DNA of 64,000 bases, from the NCBI RefSeq assembly GCF_009914755.1, contig NC_060937.1, one strand, 5' to 3'. Shown here in pieces: positions 60,724 to 64,000 of the stretch. This DNA is from the human T2T-CHM13v2.0 reference genome, Homo sapiens. Numbering within the stretch: position 1 is the first letter of the stretch; every line of letters begins with the position of its first letter. Both the position numbers and the translations under genes were made by a program. The notes beneath the pieces were generated by a model. That model was not told the origin of the DNA. It ran no database searches and saw only the letters and a program-made list of their open reading frames with translations.

Positions 60724-62838
60724 AAGAACATCAGGAAGAAATGTGTTTAAAATGTGTTTAGCATTGTGTTACCGATTCACCAGTAATTGGTATGTACATT
60801 TATAAAAAACAAATTAACAATCCAACTCAATCTTTAAGTATGACTAGAATTTTTATTATGTAAAACTCTTCCTCCCTGTCTTCTTCCCCCACAATCATGC
60901 CATGTTGTAACAGTACATGATGCAGCTGTTGTTATTGTTGTGTTTGTCTCTCTCTTTTTAAAGACAATCTCAGTTTTAAAAATAATTTAACTGCAACAAT
61001 CCTAAAATTGCAAAGAAGCAGTATCATGCATGGCAGCAGGCTGGAAACCAGGTGACTTGAGTTTTAGTTCTAGTTCTACCACTTATGATCTATGAAACCT
61101 CACACAAGATTCAAACACTCAAAATCTTGGTGTTCTATTCTCTTAAATGGTAATAGGTACATTCGCCCCCATGGAGTGGTGAGGTTCAAAGAAGAAACAA
61201 ACCAGTGTGTGACTCTAAAAAAATCCTTAATCTCTTTGGATTTCAGTTTCTGCATCTACAGAATGAAGGGAGTTGCATGCAGACATAACCCCTTATGACA
61301 TTTCCAGCTTGAAACCTGTTTATATCTACGTAAAGACGGTTTGAAAAAATGTAAACTAGCATTCAAACATATGATGCATTAAAGAATTACTTTAAATAAA
61401 ACAGAAGAAATGGAGAACTCATTCTATTTTTCTACTATAAATTTTTGTAAACTCCTACCATATCTATGACTGTTTTATTTGTTAATGTACTTTACAACTA
61501 CCAACCACCTGAAACCACGGAAGTGAATGAAGTTGCCTGAAATGAGAATTTAAAGTGAAGAGGGCTCAGGGGAGAAATGAATCAGTGAAGGAGACTGAGA
61601 AGAAGCAGACAAGAGGGAAGCTGGGAGGAGATCGGGATTATCATGGAAGCCATGAGAAGACTGGGTTTCAATGAAGAGGGAACATGCTGAGTTAATGCAA
61701 CTCAGGGCTAAATAAGATGATGAGTGAAAGGGCCCTCTGAATTTAGAACATGGAAGTTACTTGTGACTTCAGCAGGAACAATTTTGCAGATGGAGGAGGC
61801 AGGGCCCTGTTGGAATAAGAGGTGAGTGAATGGAGGTCCGAAAGTAGTCAGTGCATGTAGATAATCCCTTTATGAGGCTTTATTATAAAAGATTAGAATT
61901 ACATGAATTAGAATGATAGGAGGTGAGATCTGTGGGGTTCAGAAAAATATTAGAGCATGTTTAAATGCTGATGGGAGGAATCCATAAGTGAGAGAGAGAG
62001 AATGTGATCCCAGAGAAAAAGGTGTCAAAGGATGGAGCCAGTGCCTGAGCAGGAGGGAGGAAAGACAGGCCTTTGACAAGAGACAGGAGAGGCTGGTACA
62101 GCTGCAGATGGGCTTGCAGAACTGAGCTTGGGAAGTCAAAGGAGCTCGCTTCTGGTATCTTCCATTTTCTTTGAGAAGCACAAGACTGGAATATTGTCTG
62201 AGAATGTAGGTGACAGTAGTTTGAGGTTTGAAGAAAATGAAGACTGCACAAAAAAAGTCATTATGGAGATTGGGCTTAAAAGACTTTTTTTTTTTTGGCT
62301 CAGAAGAATTTTTAAATTTCTAAACACATTCCTTTAAATGAAAGTTTTGAGGAGCATAACCATCTATTTGGAAATTATTAAGTGCTAGATAGATGTGAAA
62401 AAAAAGTAAGGAGGCTAAATCAGTGAAACCTAAAGCCACATTTTGGACAAACTGCAAATATTTGAACACAAGGAAAGCCATTCTGCACATACCACCTCCC
62501 AGAAGTTGTTCCTGAATTTCCCAAACAAAAGATGCGTTCATTTGTCTGGGTGCTCAGAGCTCTCCGTCCTTTCCATATTGTCCTTTGTGCTGCATCAGTC
62601 CTAACAATCCACATATGCTTTCTCCACCTGCTAACCTGTAGGCACCTTAAAGGCTAAAGGCCACAGTCCATAGCTGAATTACATAGTGTGTCTTTCAAGA
62701 AATGCTACCTTTGAAATGGTTACATAAATCTTATGTCAAAGAAGAAATGTTATCTGATTTATACAAATTGGCTTTATACACACTGAGGAAGACTCTCACG
62801 GCATAAAGTGAGGCATGTTTGTAAGAACAAAGGGTTTC

Positions 62839-63077
62839 ATTGAGTACCCATGGACACAAAGAAGGGAACGATAGACGATGGAGCCTACTTGAGAGTCGGC
62901 GGTGGGAGGAGGGTGAGGATCAAAAAACTACCTATTGGGTACTATGCTCACTGCCTGGGTGAGAAAATAATGAGAAAATAATATGTACACCAAACCCCAG
63001 TGACATGCAATTTACCCATGTAACTCACCTGCACATGTACTCCTGGAACCTAAAATAAAAGTTGGAGGGGGAAAAAA
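62839..63077 (+). mobile_element. Short L1PA15/16-like 3'UTR insertion
   Basis: aaaaactacctattgggtactatgctcact ... aacctaaaataaaagttgg. TSD aagaacaaag(g/t)gtttc at 62823-62838 and 63078-63093. Confidence 0.85.
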
Positions 63078-64000
63078 AAGAACAAAGTGTTTCCAGAAAC
63101 ATCAGCATAGCAAATGGGTGGGCCACGCTTGGAAGCAAAGTGCTCTTTATGTGGGTCACATCACTACTCTACGATTTCAAGAGAGCCCTATGTAGCCAAG
63201 TATATTCAAGGAAATGAAACAACTCCCTCCCCCGCTCCTATTCTTCTTAGATACAAAAGACAGATAATTATCTAGAGTATTTCTCAATATGAACAAAATG
63301 GAAAAGTGACCTTTGAGTCTGTGACAGTCTATTCACGTCAGTGTTTTTAGCAGGAGCAAAGCAATGTCCAGGCTTAGGGAATGCCCACAGGAGCCAACTT
63401 CTGCTCTCCCTCACATTACATAGACCATAAATAAAAAGAAACAGTTTAACAGGCAGCCAGACCCAAATAGCTCATAGGCACCTCCTGGGAGTGATAAAAT
63501 TCTCCTGCTGGTAGACTTACATAAACCAAGATGCAATGAAATTTTTAAGGATATTCTCCTTGCTTAATAAACCTGAATGTTTTAAGCCTCAAAGATGGCT
63601 AGACTAAGACTAAGAGAGGAAATAAATCAGTCTAGCAAGAAAAAGCAATCATTCAGAGTGTTGGTAGATTAGCTGAAACATACAAGAGATCAAATTCAGT
63701 GATTTAAAAATCATGTACTTGCTAGTTAAAATGCCCATTTCTAGCTTTTTACCCATTTTAAAACACACTAAAAAGTTTTACCTAGTGATTTAGTTGCTTA
63801 ATGCTAAAACTGGGGCTTCTATCCAATCTCTGACTTGTTTATGTTCAAAACAGAACATACAATACATTTCAAAGTCTGAAATTTTTTACAGATTCATCTG
63901 TTGTTTGATGGCAATTAACAACAAAAAAAGCACTTTATCAGATAATAAGTCAATCCAGTTGTTCATCCTGATCGTAATAAAATCTTAGAGGCTTTTTTGG

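Overview
Eukaryotic DNA from a human or African great ape, judged from AluY/S/J and L1PA2-type repeats. The window lies inside VWA8 (KIAA0564, mitochondrial AAA+ ATPase/VWA protein) on the minus strand. Five coding exons are readable with GT-AG boundaries: 38101-38209, 34701-34857, 28293-28401, 13763-13888 and 10635-10793. They splice into one continuous frame of 220 codons that reaches the DVSGS MIDAS motif of the C-terminal VWA domain. The rest is intron filled with retroelements, and almost all ORF-track entries are L1/Alu-derived or spurious. I see no new protein-coding system. The notable structure is retrotransposition and DNA-repair history. (1) An ERV1 (MER61-like) RNA appears to have been retrocopied by L1 machinery, with the layout R-U5-PBS(Arg)-short internal-PPT-U3-R-polyA and a TSD. 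(2) An L1PA2-like insertion carries an apparently two-step 3' transduction. (3) An old L1PA15/16-like element has its own 3' transduction and hosts three younger insertions, an exact 80-bp templated copy from 4.1 kb away and a cluster of fold-back palindromes. (4) There is a candidate poison exon. Repeat subfamily names come from recalled consensus features and need RepeatMasker/Dfam confirmation.
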